Origin: Squalus acanthias
Lineage: Eukaryota
Length of the DNA: 64,000 bases
Assembly: GCA_030390025.1 (NCBI GenBank)
Contig: CM059431.1
Span: 104,658,001-104,722,000 of the forward strand
Reading direction: 5' to 3'
In this document: positions 1 through 12,137 of the stretch, piece by piece
How the letters are laid out: the number at the start of each line of letters is the position of its first letter
How positions within the stretch are numbered: position 1 is the first letter of the stretch
Translations under genes and position numbers: made by a program
Notes under the pieces: generated by a model
Database searches by the model: none
What the model was told of the DNA's origin: nothing
The model's input: only the letters and a program-made list of their open reading frames with translations

Positions 1-133
1 GCATGCCGACATTTCCCATGAACCAACTTATGCATGGAATACATGGGATAGCATGCCACAGAGTGAACAACCTATCCTGATGTAAGCAAGAGAAATAGTT
101 TGAATTGCGACCCATTCCCTCCAGACAGACCGG

Positions 134-946
134 GGGGGGGGGGAAATTCGGTTGGTTAGCGCCTCCCGTTCGCACCTCCAGTTAGCGTCTCCGGGGGGCG
201 CTAATGGGGCGGTGGGAACTTAGCGCCCAAGCGCGGCGATTTTAGCGGCACTTGCGAAATTGACCAGTCGTTTTGCGGCGGCGCTAAACACTACCGCCAC
301 GATCTCCTGCGCCCGCAGATTGTGACGTCAGTCAAGCGTGCAACACTCCAGACCGGATATTGAGTCTCGCCCCCTGCCTTAGCGCCTGCCGCTAGGAATG
401 TCAGGTAGAGGGGGAACGTTTTCAAGTCGGGAAGGGGCTGGGGGTGCACTATTTAAAGGCGGGCGCTTCCTGCCTTTTCTTGTCGGCAACATTTTTGGTA
501 CACGCAGGTTGAGAGGGAGAGAGACGTCTGGAGAGATTTAACACCCTCACTTTTGATGTTCCTAAGCGCTGAGCTCTTTCCCTGGGCCTATCCATTAGTG
601 CTTTAGATGTCTCTCCAGGCCGAGGTTCAAGGCTGCAATGAGCAGGGTGTGGCTAGCCAGCAAGATGGCCCCTCCCCTTCAAGAACTGGATAGTGCCAGT
701 CTGTCTGGCTTCCATGGTAACTGTCATCGCCTGAGCTTCGGTAGCGTTCTGAGGTAGCGCCTCGCTCCCCGACGTTAGCGCCTTAAGAGAAGTGTGTAGC
801 GCCTGATTTAGCGCTCAAATCACCTCCAGGGGCGATAGAGGCGAATTTTGCAGTCGGAGGCGATAATTAGCGCCGGGTGCTAAACTTTGCTCCCAGCTGA
901 TATTAGCGCCCCAAAATGGGTGATACCCAATTTCCCCCCCCCCCCC
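134..946. mobile_element. Harbinger-type MITE, family A (TAGCGCC-rich)
   Basis: Termini GGGGGAAATTCGGTT / rc GGGGGAAATTGGGTA; many TAGCGCC/GGCGCTA subterminal motifs; homologous to 50346-51238 (inverted) and 45663-46435. Confidence 0.75.
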
Positions 947-1006
947 CGGTATCTTACCACATAGCTCACCAAGCTGAGCGTGTTGTTCACTATTCTGACA
1001 CATTGC

Positions 1007-1284
1007 GGGTAATTTTAACCCCCAAACACAGGTGGGTTTGGGTCGGGTGGGAGGTTAAAATATTAATCTGAAACAGGAACCCAACCCGGCTCGAGCCTGC
1101 CCACCTCCGGTTTTAACGAGGGGCGGGATGAAGGGCGGGCATCCGATCCTCTCTCAGGAGGCGGGTCGGTTGCTGCCTGCTTTCACTTTAACAGGGTTTC
1201 TATTTTTAACCCATGTTGGCCGGGTTTGCTGACCATGTCGCCTGCCCCGCGCTCCGAAACTCCACCCCAGTAAATATCGAGGCC
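1007..1284. mobile_element. Short Harbinger-type MITE derivative
   Basis: Left end GGGTAATTTTAACCCCCAAACAC matches the start of 10640-11258; right end AAATATCGAGGCC. Confidence 0.5.
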
Positions 1285-1409
1285 ACTGTGCCGTTCACTG
1301 TGCTGACACAAGGTGTAGTTTAATTGTTTACCATGAGAAAGAAATATAGGCAGAAGCAAGTGACATCAAAAGATTAAAAATAGCAATACAACATCGAACC
1401 TTGAAACAA

Positions 1410-1592
1410 ATACAAAATACTGCGGATGCTGGAAATCTGAAATAACAACAGAAAGTGCTGGAAAATGGGCAGCATCCATGGAGAGAGAGACAGAGTTAAC
1501 ATTTTAGGTCGATGGTCTTTCAAAGGCCTTTTCGCTGGCCTATTAACTCTGTTTCTCTCTCTCCACAGATGCTGCCTGACCTGCTGAGTCAT
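1410..1592. repeat. Penelope-like palindromic repeat
   Basis: Inverted arms GCAGCATC..GAGAGAGACAGAGTTAAC / TTAACTCTGTTTCTCTCTCTCCACAGATGCTGC; same family as 2625-2824. Confidence 0.6.
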
Positions 1593-1844
1593 TTCATTTC
1601 AATATCTAACATTCTCTGGCTTAAGAACATAAGAATTAGGAGCAGGAGTAGGCCATACGACCCCTCGAGTCTGCTACACCATTCAATTTTATTCATATTC
1701 AATTATTTTCAGAGTCCAACAAAAGCAAGTGTTTTGGAATCCTAGAAACTTCTTACAGACAGAGACAACATGGGTTCCAGGCACCCGAACACTAATGCAG
1801 TCTCCTCTTGCTGCATTGACTTGGGCACACAATATCCACGTCAA

Positions 1845-2150
1845 CTTTTTTGAAATTTGTTTATGGGATGTGGGCATCGCCGGCAAGGCCAGCATTTGTT
1901 ACCCATCCCTAATTGCCCTCGAGGAGGTGGTGATGAGCCGCATTCTTGAACCGCTGCAGTCCCGTGTGGTGAAGGTACTCCCACAGTGCCGTTAGGGAGG
2001 GAGTTCCAGGATTTTGACCCAGCGACGATGAAGGAACGGCCGATGTACTTCTAAGTCAGGATGGTGTGTGACTTGGAGGGGAACTTGGAGGTGGTGGTGT
2101 TCCCATGCGCCTGCTGCCCTTGTCCTTCTAGGTGGAAGAGGTCGCGGATG
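1845..2150 (-). mobile_element. 3' fragment of LINE family B (CR1-like clade)
   Basis: Reverse complement of the 3' end seen at 54100-54355 and 63600-63850 (..TTGCCAGCGATGCCCACATCCCAT + A-rich tail). Confidence 0.75.
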
Positions 2151-2498
2151 TTCCCAGCGTGCCGTCAATACTGAAGACAAGTAACAAAATGTTGGTGCCT
2201 TTCTCTCAAAATGCACCTTTTGTGCCATAGGTGAAGCCATTGGGGCAATACCAGCTTCTTTGGCTAGATAGTCCCACAGGTGAGTCACCATTACAGAATG
2301 TGGCTAGTCTAGAAATTTGTTTGGGCCCGTTTTTCAGGCTCAGAATTGACGGCGGGCTGGGAGCACCCGGCAGAAGGCAGATGCCCAGAATTGGGCCTCA
2401 GTCCTCATCAGAATCTGTCTGGTGAGCTGTGTCCGTCAAGAACGGGCGTCCAGAGACAACTCGCCCATTTGAACAAGGCCAGTCTGGGGCTAGCTGTC

Positions 2499-3295
2499 AC
2501 AACAACAACAACAACAACAACTTGTATTTATACAGCGCCTTTAACGTAGTAAAACGTTCAAGGCGCTGCACAGGAGTATTATAAGACAAAAAATTTGACG
2601 CCGAGCCACATAAGGATAAATTAGAAAATGCTGGAGATACTCAGCAGGTCAGGCAGCATCTGTGAAGAGAGAAACAGAGTTAACGTTTCAGGTCGATGAC
2701 CTTTTGTCCTGAAACGTTGACTCTGTTTCTCTTTTCACAGATGCTCCCTGACCTGCTGAGTATCTCCAGCATTTTCTGTTTTTATTTCAGATTTCCAGCA
2801 TCCGCAGTATTTTCTTTTTGTGTGAGGATAAATTAGGGCAGGTGACCAAAAGCTTGGTCAAAGAGGTAGGTTTTAAGGAGCGTCTTAAAGGAGGAAAGAG
2901 AGGTAGCGAGGTGGAGAGGTTTAGGCAGGCAATCCCAGAGCTTAGGGCCTAGGCAACCAGAAGGCACGGCCACCAATGGAGGAGCGATTATAATCAGGGA
3001 TCCTCAAGAGGGCAGAATTGGAGGAGCGCAGATATCTCGGGGGGTTGTGGGGCTGGAGGAGATTACAGAGATAGAGAGGGGCGAGGCCATGGAGGGATTG
3101 GAAAACAAGGATGAGAATTTTGAAATCGAGGCACTGCTTCACCGGGAGCCAATGTAGGTCAGCGAGCACAGGGGCGATGGGCGAACGGGACTTGGTGCGA
3201 GTTAGGACACGGGCAGCAGAGTTTTGGATGAGCTCAAGTTTACGTAGGGCGGAATGTGGGAGGTCAGCCAGGAGTGCGTTGGAATAGTCAAGTCT
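2499..3295 (-). mobile_element. L2 LINE 3' fragment, interrupted by a Penelope-like repeat
   Basis: (CAA)n tail; ORF 2942-3304 has RLDYSNALL..IQNSAARVLT..LHWLPV, typical of the L2 ORF2 C-terminus. Confidence 0.85.
2625..2824. mobile_element. Penelope-like palindromic insertion with 12-bp TSD
   Basis: AGGATAAATTAG duplicated at 2613-2624 and 2825-2836; long inverted arms around a GGTC..GACC/GAAACGTT centre. Confidence 0.7.
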
Positions 3296-3683
3296 CGCCA
3301 GCAATGGCCCTCAGAAAGTTCCTGGAGGTGGAGGAGAGCAGGAGTGGATTGGTGGCAGGCCAGTGGTGGCTTTCAGGAGTGCCGCGGAGCTGGGAGGAGC
3401 ACTGCTGCTCCTTCTGGCTCCACAGGAAGGTAAAATAAAAATAAAAACTTGCCCAGTGCATGTTCTGCTCAGCACTGAATGATGTCGCACAAGGGGTCCT
3501 TAAACAGGCGTCAGGCTCCTCATGAGCACATGCAAAGGGTCCTAACACCTGTTTAAGGCGACCGCACGAGACGCCTGAATATTGTGCAAGACCAACTTGC
3601 TTTTGACATATTTCAGATGTCCTTTTGGTGGGGTAATAGCGTCATTTTTGACCCCGTGTGGCAGCTCAGAAATGTGCGAAACG

Positions 3684-4655
3684 TGGGGTTGCCATCCATC
3701 CACGATTGCCCTGGAGTCTCCAGGAGTGAAAGATTAATCTCCATAAGAACATAAGGATTAGGAGCAGGAGTCGGCCATATGGCCCCTCGAGCCTGCTCCG
3801 CCATTCAATAAGATCATGCTGATCATCGACCTCAACTCCACTTTCCCGCCCGAGTCCAAAAATCTATCGATCTCAGCCTTGAAGATACTCAATGACCCAG
3901 CTTTCACAGCCCTCTGGGGCAGAGAATTCCAAAGATTCACAACCCTCTGAGTGAAGAAATTCCTCCTCATCTCAGTCTTAAATGGCTGACCCCTTATCCT
4001 GAGACTATGCCCCCTGATTCTAGCCTCTCCAGCCGGGGGAAACAACCTCTCAGCATCTACCCTGCCAATCTCCCTCAGAATCTTCTATGTTTCAATGAGA
4101 TCACCTCTCATTCTCCTAAACTCCAGAGAGTATAGGTCCATTTTACACAATCTCTCATCATAGGACAGCCCTCTCATCCCAGGAATGAATCTAGTGAACC
4201 TTCGTTGCACCGCCTCCAAGGCAAGTATACCCTTCCTTAGATCAGGAGATCAAAACTGTGCACAGTACTCCAGGTGTGGTCTCACCAAGGCCCTGTACAA
4301 TTGTAGCAAAACTTCCTCACCCTTATACTTCAACCCCCTTGCAATAAAGGCCAACATGCCATTTGCCTTCCTTATTGCATGCTAGCCAGGACCCTGCTCG
4401 AAAAAACTCAGGAGAAAAAAGCACAGGGGCATTAAAAAAAATGTGTCCTTTTTAAAAAAATTCTTTGAACACTTTTATCCAATCGTGTCATGAAGAGTCT
4501 ATTCACGTTCTGTTTGGCGTGGGGAAGGCGGAGCACCATAAGGATGGACATGTCGGGTGACCAATGGTGGAAGCGTCGGCGGCGGGGTGGTTGGAGGCCG
4601 GAGGTCATGTGATGGAATCCTCCAGGAATACGCCCAGCCAGAATTGGCCACCCTA
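3684..4655. mobile_element. Non-autonomous hAT-type element interrupted by a CR1 fragment
   Basis: TIR TGGGGTTGCCA / rc TAGGGTGGCCA; 8-bp flanks GCGAAACG / GCGAAACT (7/8), the TSD length typical of hAT. Confidence 0.7.
3745..4383 (-). mobile_element. CR1 LINE 3' fragment
   Basis: ORF 3758-4045 RGHSLRI..RRNFFTQRVVNLWNSLP; (TTCTTATG)-type tail. Confidence 0.9.
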
Positions 4656-5164
4656 GCGAAACTGGGTCCAGTTTCTAGGCCGCTTGTCTCTTCCTCTCAG
4701 CGTCAAAGATGCAAGCATTGTCTGAGGAATTAAACAAACTCTGATGTGGCTTGTCAATTCAAGGAATTAATATGAACAGAGATTGGCTGTCCCTTGAAAC
4801 TGGCACATGCGTTCCAGGCAGATCCTGTGGTAGGTGCCTGAATTACACACAGCTCAGGACAAAGGGGGAGAGGAAAAAGCTTAACAGTGACAGCAGCTGT
4901 CAGAGACTTTTAATTAAAATGCAATGCTTCCAGGCAGAGTGTTGACTAGTGATTCAAAACAGACACACACACTCCCACACAAAAGCAGAATGAATAACCC
5001 TCCCCCAGCCAGGATGTATTAGAAATTAGCTTAAAGTTAAAATGCCAAATAAAAAGTTACAAGAAGGAAACTCCCGAGCAGTGGGATTGTTCAAGCTGGG
5101 TGCAATTTCAGGCGGATGAGAACTGGGAGATTTGGTTTTGTGCAATTCCATCCACTTTTTTCCC

Positions 5165-5300
5165 CCCCAGTTCTGACAGGAGGCCATTGACCTGAAACGT
5201 TAAATTCTGTTTCTCTCTCTCTCTGCACAGATGCTGCCTGACCCGCTGAGTGTTTTCCCGGTATTTTTCTCTTTTTATTTCCGATTTGCGGCATCCGCGG
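5165..5300 (+). repeat. Penelope-like repeat with a decayed hammerhead core
   Basis: CAGTT-CTGACAG-G-AGGCC-ATT-GACCT-GAAACGTT followed by the family 3' arm. Confidence 0.55.
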
Positions 5301-5306
5301 TATCAC

Positions 5307-7086
5307 GTCCGGAATTCTGCAGTGTCCAGTACTCCAGCCTGGCTTAACACCTGCTTCGGTCATTCTTGGACATTTATTGCGAGAGCTTCAAATTAATACT
5401 TCAGCATTTACAATGGGGTCGTGATGTACGTTCAGTCCTCCATCACCGAGTGGGTCGGGACCCCGCTGTCAACCCACCGCCACGCGCCTTTACCAAATGT
5501 CGGGTCTGCCAGCGCTGAGCGGACCCAACACACAGCGGCGGGGGAGGCAATTAAAATCATTAGTGGCTTGTTTACAGCCACTTATTAATGGGTTTTTCCC
5601 AGCTTCTTGGATTTGACAGGTCACCCACCGGTTTCCTGCTGTGCCTGGACCTCGTCTGTGAAGCTGAGGTGGGAGGTCACTTACCATTGAATCAGCTGAT
5701 GAGTTGACAGCTTCAAATGTCAAGTCAAAGCTCCCAGCTGATTGAGATATGTTCCCTTAACCACTAGTTTCTCTAAACTGCATTTCCACAACAGATTCAG
5801 GATGCTGCAAGTCTTTACACAAGTCTCCATCCAGTCTGACCTCATTATCTTTCCCACCATTGACAGATCGCTTCTGTCATCTCTACTTCACCTGCTATCT
5901 ATTCCATCAACATGGGTGCCCTTTATACGCTCTCACCTTGGTCCTCAGAATCCTACTACAATCAACCCCAACAGCAGCATCACCGGGCACACCATCAGCA
6001 CCAACACCACCAACCTTCTCCGCAATCACTTGATGCTGCACAGGACACAGGGCATCAGCACCCGACCACATTGCTGCCCAGGAGGCCAGGGATGGCCTCA
6101 CCATGGCCAGATTTACTTCACTTGACGCTGTACACCCTGGCTGTCACATGATGCGCCAGGTTGGCACCACCCCACACCAGCTCCATAAAGCATCCCTACA
6201 ATGCTCAAGCCATTCCTTTCACACTCACCACCATTGTGGAGGTACCATTATGTCTCACCATTCACTGCAACTCACTAAGCCACTTCCAAAGGTGCACACA
6301 AATCTGTCCAAGAACGTAAAGTGTTGAAAATAAAGGTTTCAATGTTTGACAGCACATTAACAGAAACTTTACATGAGCATTGGATAAAACACCCTAGTGT
6401 GTTGTTAGTTGGTATGATTGCACTAGGATGAGGGTGAGTGTGAGGGGTGGCTAGTGAGATGGGGATGTGATAATGTAGATAGAGAGGGATGGGTGGAGGT
6501 GCAAGGTAAGTTGGTGTGAGTGAGGATGTGCAGGAGTAGGGTAGGAAAATCAGAGTGATGGGGATGTGATGAGAGGCACAGCAGGATGAAGTTGAGTGTA
6601 GCTTTGTACTAACGTTTTGTGATCTACTGAGATCATTGAAATGCCTGTGGCACTGCACCCAGGTCCTCCTGACCACATCCCTGCTTCTGCCCTCCTGTGT
6701 AATGTGCAACCAGGCTGTGTTGATGTCCTGGGGAGGTCTTCTCTGCCCATGGGAATGGAAGAGGACCTCCCTGTGCGCTGTGACTCCCTCCATATCATCG
6801 GTACCTCTGTGCAGTGCTTGTCAGTGTTTGCAGCAGCTCAATGCTGTAGAACACTGACAGCACAAATGTCAAATTAAATTTGGCCACGGTCCCTTTAAGG
6901 AAACCGGCTGATGACACATCATCAAATTATGTCACCAGACCCGCTTCCTCTAATTGGCTGGGAAATGCGCTGGACGGGCTTACCAAGCCCAAGCAAGGTA
7001 AATTCATTCTACACAGTGGCCTGGGGTCGGGACCCACCACCGACGTCGCCCGCCACGGACCTGCCGTGATTCGCAAAATCCAGTCC
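5307..7086. mobile_element. Non-autonomous Harbinger deletion derivative (family D)
   Basis: Transposase 5' (MGALYTLSPWSSES..polyQ, from 5912) fused to the transposase 3' end; decayed Myb/SANT exon 1 on the minus strand (about 6610-6800); collinear with 27982-29780. Confidence 0.8.
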
Positions 7087-7089
7087 AAA

Positions 7090-7312
7090 ATCTTAATTAT
7101 GTGGGGTTATGGGGATAGGATGGGATATGTTAGGGGGAATTAAATACGTGGGGTTACGGGGGTAGGGTGGGATATGTGTACTGTGGGAATTAAAAGCAGG
7201 GACAGGGTACTGGATTTGGATGATCAGCCATGATCGTATTGAATGGTGGAGCAGGCTCGATGGGCCGAATGGCCTACTCCTGCTCCTAGATTCTATGTTT
7301 CTATGTTTCTAT
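7090..7312 (+). mobile_element. CR1 3' terminus with a local duplication
   Basis: GGAGCAGGCTCGATGGGCCGAATGGCCTACTCCTGCTCC + (TTCTATGT)n tail. Confidence 0.75.
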
Positions 7313-7672
7313 GTTAATAGTATTTTTCTGCTTATTCCTTTTTCTTGTTTTGTGCTCTGGTTTTTTTTTGGCATCTGAATTTTTTTTGCTCCAATTTCAT
7401 TCTTTCACAGTCAAAGTGTGTAAAATGAAAGTAGTTATAGAAAGTATAGGAACAGGAAGAGACCATTCAGCCCCTCGAGCCTGTTCGCCCATTCAGTGAG
7501 ATCACGGCTGATCTGCATCTTAACTCCATCTACCTGCCTTGGTTCCGTAACAAGCGGATCTGTTGGCCCTGCCACACCTACTGAGGAACAACTGGCTCCA
7601 GAATCTTTGGGTCTGCATGAAGCCAATTGCACAGCTATGCCATCAGATGCAAGCACTCTGTAGCCAACAGCC

Positions 7673-8130
7673 CAGCTGTGTGGCTTAGTGGGTGGCACGC
7701 TCGCCTATGAGTCAGAAGGTTGTTGGTTCCAGTCTCACTTCATGAGACTTGAGCACAAAAATCTCAGCTGACACTCCAGTGGCGTGCCGAGGGAGCGCTG
7801 CACCGTCGGAGGTGCGTCTTTCAGATGAGACGTTAAACCGAGGCCCCGTCTGCCCTCTCAGGTGGACGTGAAAGATCCCACGGGCATTATTTTGACAAAG
7901 TGCAGAAGTTATCCCTGGTGTCCTGTCCAATATTTATCCCTCAACCAACATCACGAAAACACATTACCTGGCCATTATCTGATTGCTGTTTGTGGGAGCT
8001 TGCTGTGCACAAATAAGCTGGTGCGTGTCCTACATTACAACAGTGACTGCACTTCAAAAGGACTTCATTGCCTGTGAAGTTCCTTGGGACGTCCTGCGGT
8101 CCTTTGGCTCTTTAAATCCAAGTTCTTTCT
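7673..8130 (+). mobile_element. tRNA-derived DeuSINE (SacSINE1-like)
   Basis: A/B-box-like head (TGGCTTAGTGG..GGTTCCAGTC); Deu-like core (GATGAGACGTTAAACCGAGGCCCCGTCTGC); second copy at 29893. Confidence 0.75.
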
Positions 8131-8652
8131 TTCAATTGCAGGCAAGGTCACTATCTCCCTGCCCAAGTCTCCTTCCAGGCCAACAACCACAACTTGCATT
8201 TATCTAGCACCTTTCACGTCGTAAAATGTCCCAAGGTGCTTCTCAGCAGCATTTCAATCCGTGAGAGGAAGATTTCACAAAGCATTTCTAACGTTAGTCA
8301 GAATGTCATCTGTTCAAACTGTTGCCGAATGAATTGCCCTTTAGAAGGCAAAATGATTCCTGGACCAATAATTAAGCGAATAATTAGGGCTTTAATAGAT
8401 CAAGTAGCAAATCCAAAACAATTATGGTCTAATCAGATTAGTGACAATCACATAATTACCACCATATGACTTAAAACTAAACATTCAAGATCAAATGAAT
8501 CTATAGCGAATGCAATTTCTCATTTTAATTGTTCGCCAACTGTTAAATACGCAGCCAAATACAATCCCTTGGGAGCTATGAGACGTTAAGTAGCTACGGT
8601 TAAATAGTTGCTGGCACTGCACAGTACACTCAGCGCGGTTATAGAAAACTTT

Positions 8653-9499
8653 GGGGGGCGGTTTTGCCAGCCCTGGGGAGGCGGGTAAGGAGGCGGGACT
8701 GCCGGGAAAATGGCAGAATCTGTGGGCGGGTACCCATCCCGCCCCCAACCCGCCTCTGTGCCATCTTCCCAGCAGGCGGATACCCAACCCGCGCTGGGAG
8801 CCACCTCCCCGAGGCGGGAAGGGGATTAGTGCCAATTAACTGCCTGTTAACAGTTAGTTAACAGGCAGTATTTTTGAGAATCCCTACTTTCAACCCTGAA
8901 GTGTGGGCTTCCCGACGGCTCCGAACCACACCAGGGTCAGCGAGGCGTGCCGTCGGTCTGCGGGGGTCGGAGGGGCCGAGATGTCCGGAGTGCAGGTGAG
9001 TGACGGGTGCAAGTGTGGAGTGGTGAGTGTGTGAGGTGAGTGTAAAGTGTTTTAATAAGTTTTACTTACCTTTACTTCTTCCTGCAGGCTTCATCCCTTC
9101 AGGTCTCGGGAGTCAGAAATCTCACCGGCACAGAAAGCAGAATGGCCGCTGAACTGTCAAAAGCTGCAGCCTTCTGCTTTCTGCTCAGGAGAGATCTCTA
9201 ACTGAGCCTGAGTGGAAGGGCTCAACTTAGAGGACAGATTGTCAGTGTTTGACAGCTTCACAGAGCCGTCAAACGATGACAATTCATCTGTCAAAATCTC
9301 TTGACAGATGAAACGTCACTCGCTGACGTCACCTGTAACCGGCTTTCCCTTAATTGGCCTGCTAAGTCTGCTGGGCGGGCTTAACAAGGTTAATCAAGGG
9401 AAAATAGCGTGGGTTGGCCACAAGTCGATGGAGGCGGGACTAAAACCTGACAAGTGGGAGTCCCGCCTCCTAAAGCTCCCCATTGAGAAAATCCAGCCC
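8653..9499. mobile_element. Harbinger-type MITE, family B
   Basis: TIR GGGGCGGTTTTGCC / rc GGGCTGGATTTTCT; collinear with 12138-13004 and 38684-39530. Confidence 0.8.
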
Positions 9500-9569
9500 A
9501 AACATGCAGACTGGTAGAGGTCTCCCTAAATCATGAACACACTAAAGGGTGAGTCAACTATTTCACAGC

Positions 9570-10040
9570 ATCATAGAAACTTACAGCACAGAAGGAGGCC
9601 ATTTGGCCCATTGTGCCTGTGCCTGTGCTGGCTCGCAGGTACTCCTCCAGAACCTGTCCAACTCCCTTTTAAAATTATTGATGGAATCAGCTTCCACCAC
9701 CTTTTCAGGTCGAGTGTTCCCGATCCCGACAACTCTCCGAGTGAAAAGATTTCTCCTCATCTCCCCTCTAGATCTTTTGCCAGTCAATTTAAATCTCTGA
9801 CCTCTGGTGATTGACCCACTCGCCAGCGGTAATAGTCTTTCTCTCTCTACTCTATCAAAACCTCTCATCGTCTTGAAAACCTCTACAAGGTTACCTCTTA
9901 GCCTTCTCTGTTCCAAGGAGAACAGTCCCAACTTTTCCAACCTCTCCTCATAACTGAAGTCCCTCATCCCCTGGTGACATCCCTAGTACATCTCCTCTGC
10001 ACCCGTTCGAAGGCCGTTACATCGTTCCTGAAGTGAGGTG
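9570..10040 (-). mobile_element. Older CR1 LINE 3' fragment
   Basis: ORF 9581-9967 SYEERLEKLGLFSLEQRRLRG. Confidence 0.85.
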
Positions 10041-10119
10041 GCTATTTTTATTCCATTTTAATTTTACTTCTGCCTTTGCAAATTGTTTCACCAAGCTCAC
10101 TGAAACACTTGAAAGACAT

Positions 10120-10515
10120 TTAGAAGTAACATCTGGAAAGATTAAAATAAATCCTTGTGCTACACATATTATTTACTTCAATCAATCACAGAGGTAAGAT
10201 CGACAACTCCTGGTGTAACCTCAGATGCTTCTCCTTAACCCAATAGAATTCTTTGAGACAGGTGTGCATTAAATCAAAGCTATCAAGTCACTTTGAATGC
10301 ATTATGGATGGTTTCTCTATGACCAGATCCCAGTTTATGTCAATCCTGAGAAAGGCATTGAATTTATTCGAGACAACAGCTGCCACTTTTAATCCCCACT
10401 CCTTTCACAGAGAACAAGTTAGGTGTACAGTGAAGGGAGGTATCGATTTATTATGCTATCCAAGAAATACAGAGGTGAAGTTGCAGTGCCTCAGATGCTT
10501 CAAGAGAATATCTGG
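10120..10515 (+). pseudogene. Fossil tyrosine recombinase C-terminus, DIRS/Ngaro-type retrotransposon
   Basis: DGFSMTRSQFMSILRKALNLF..FNPHSFHR resembles the DIRS YR pattern DGxPLTRxQFxxxLRxxL..xxHSFRIG; degenerate, with frameshifts. Confidence 0.55.
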
Positions 10516-10639
10516 CCTGGTGGGGCTGAAATTCCATGGGGATTGCACCAATTTCCAATCTTAACTCAGATGGGAAGACCATTGAAATCCCCAGTGAAAC
10601 GCCCGAAAATTTCAGCACTATAATTATTAAGAAATATAG

Positions 10640-11258
10640 GGGTGAATTTTAACCCCCAAACACGGGTGTGTTGAGGTTGGGTGAGATGTTAAAACTTTTA
10701 AAATCTCAAAACTGCCTCCAGCCCGCCCACTTTTGGGTTTAACGGAGGCGGGACAAGGGGCGAACAACTAACCCGCTCCCTGGAGGCGGGATGGCAATTT
10801 AAATATTTTAATGAGGCTGGCGGCCTAAGATTTAACTTCCCTTACAGGTTTAACCCTGGCCGGCCGGGTTTCCCAGGCCTCGGGAAATCCGGCAACTGAA
10901 GGGAGGCGAGAACGGCTTTGAGGAGAAGGTAAATGCCTTCACAGCAATGCTTGTGGGCCAGGAGGAGTAGGCCCTCCAAGCTTGCCCTCTTGCCTTGGAT
11001 CGGACTCCCCCCCCCCCCCCACCCATCAGACGCCCACCCCCTCCACCACAACAAAAAAGACTCCTCAGGATCAGGCGTCCCCCCCTCCTCCAGGGTCAGG
11101 GATGGGAATCCCCCACTCCACACTCCCACAAGCAGCTGCAGACTCCCGACCTGTAGCTGCGGCCTGCTCCGGAGTGCTCCCCGCCTGACTGGAAGCCAAG
11201 TCTGTCAATCAGGCTGACCTCCGGGCGGGGATCCTGGCTATAATGAATTTCTCCCCCC
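10640..11258. mobile_element. Harbinger-type MITE
   Basis: Termini GGGTGAATTTT / rc GGGGGGAGAAATTC; TAG on both flanks; GGCGGG motifs. Confidence 0.6.
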
Positions 11259-12137
11259 TAGTATCTCCCAATCTGTATTTGCCAACCAAGACTCGAAATT
11301 TGCACAGTCCATGAAAGTTCCCCGTGACCCAGTGTACCTTATTGGTACTGTGCTGTCACTTTAAATATCTCCTGTGGTCAGCGGGACAGATTGATCCAAT
11401 AGAAGCATATCTAAATCTCACTGGTGCCTGTAATAATGTCTGGCACTGCAGCTATTTATCTTTCTATGTTAAAAATTCAATCAAAGCTTTACTGGGGAAT
11501 AGTTGATGAACTATCCAGCAAAAAATGTTATTCCATCGTACTTATCGACTTGTACATTCTCACAAACTGAATTGGAATTACTTCACGGCTGAAATTTATT
11601 GCGTATGTGTTAATTCCCTTTAAAGTGTTTAATTGATACGTTTCTGGAGAGTGAGAAATTGAGGGTTGTAATGGAAATGCAGGCAAGTTGAGTTGATCAA
11701 CGACAAAGATATGTTGAGCCCAATGGCTTTTTCTTGCATGTTCTCAAGGAATAAGGCAAAACTCAAATCAGTCCGTTCATCTCCCATTAAAGAACAAGCA
11801 CTGTCCTCTGACCATCAAGTGTCATTGTACGCACTTACAAAGAACATAAGAACATAAGAAATAGGAGCAGGAGTCGGCCACTCAGCCCTTCGAGCCTGCT
11901 CTGCCATTCAATAAGATCATGGCTGATCTTCCACCTCAACTCCCCCTTCCCGCACTATCTCCATATCCCTTAATTCCCTTAGTTCCCAAAAATTTATCGA
12001 CCTCTGTCTTGAATGTCGTCAACGAAGGAGAATCCACAGCCCTCTGGGGTAGAGAATTCCAAAGATTCATCACCCTCTGAGTGAAGACATTTCTCCTCAT
12101 TTCAGTCCTAAATGGCCGCCCCTTATTCTGAGACTGT

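Noticed and set aside
132..947. Matching G12 and C14 runs as a special structure
   Set aside because: Most simply homopolymer slippage of the GGGGG termini of a MITE, or sequencing error
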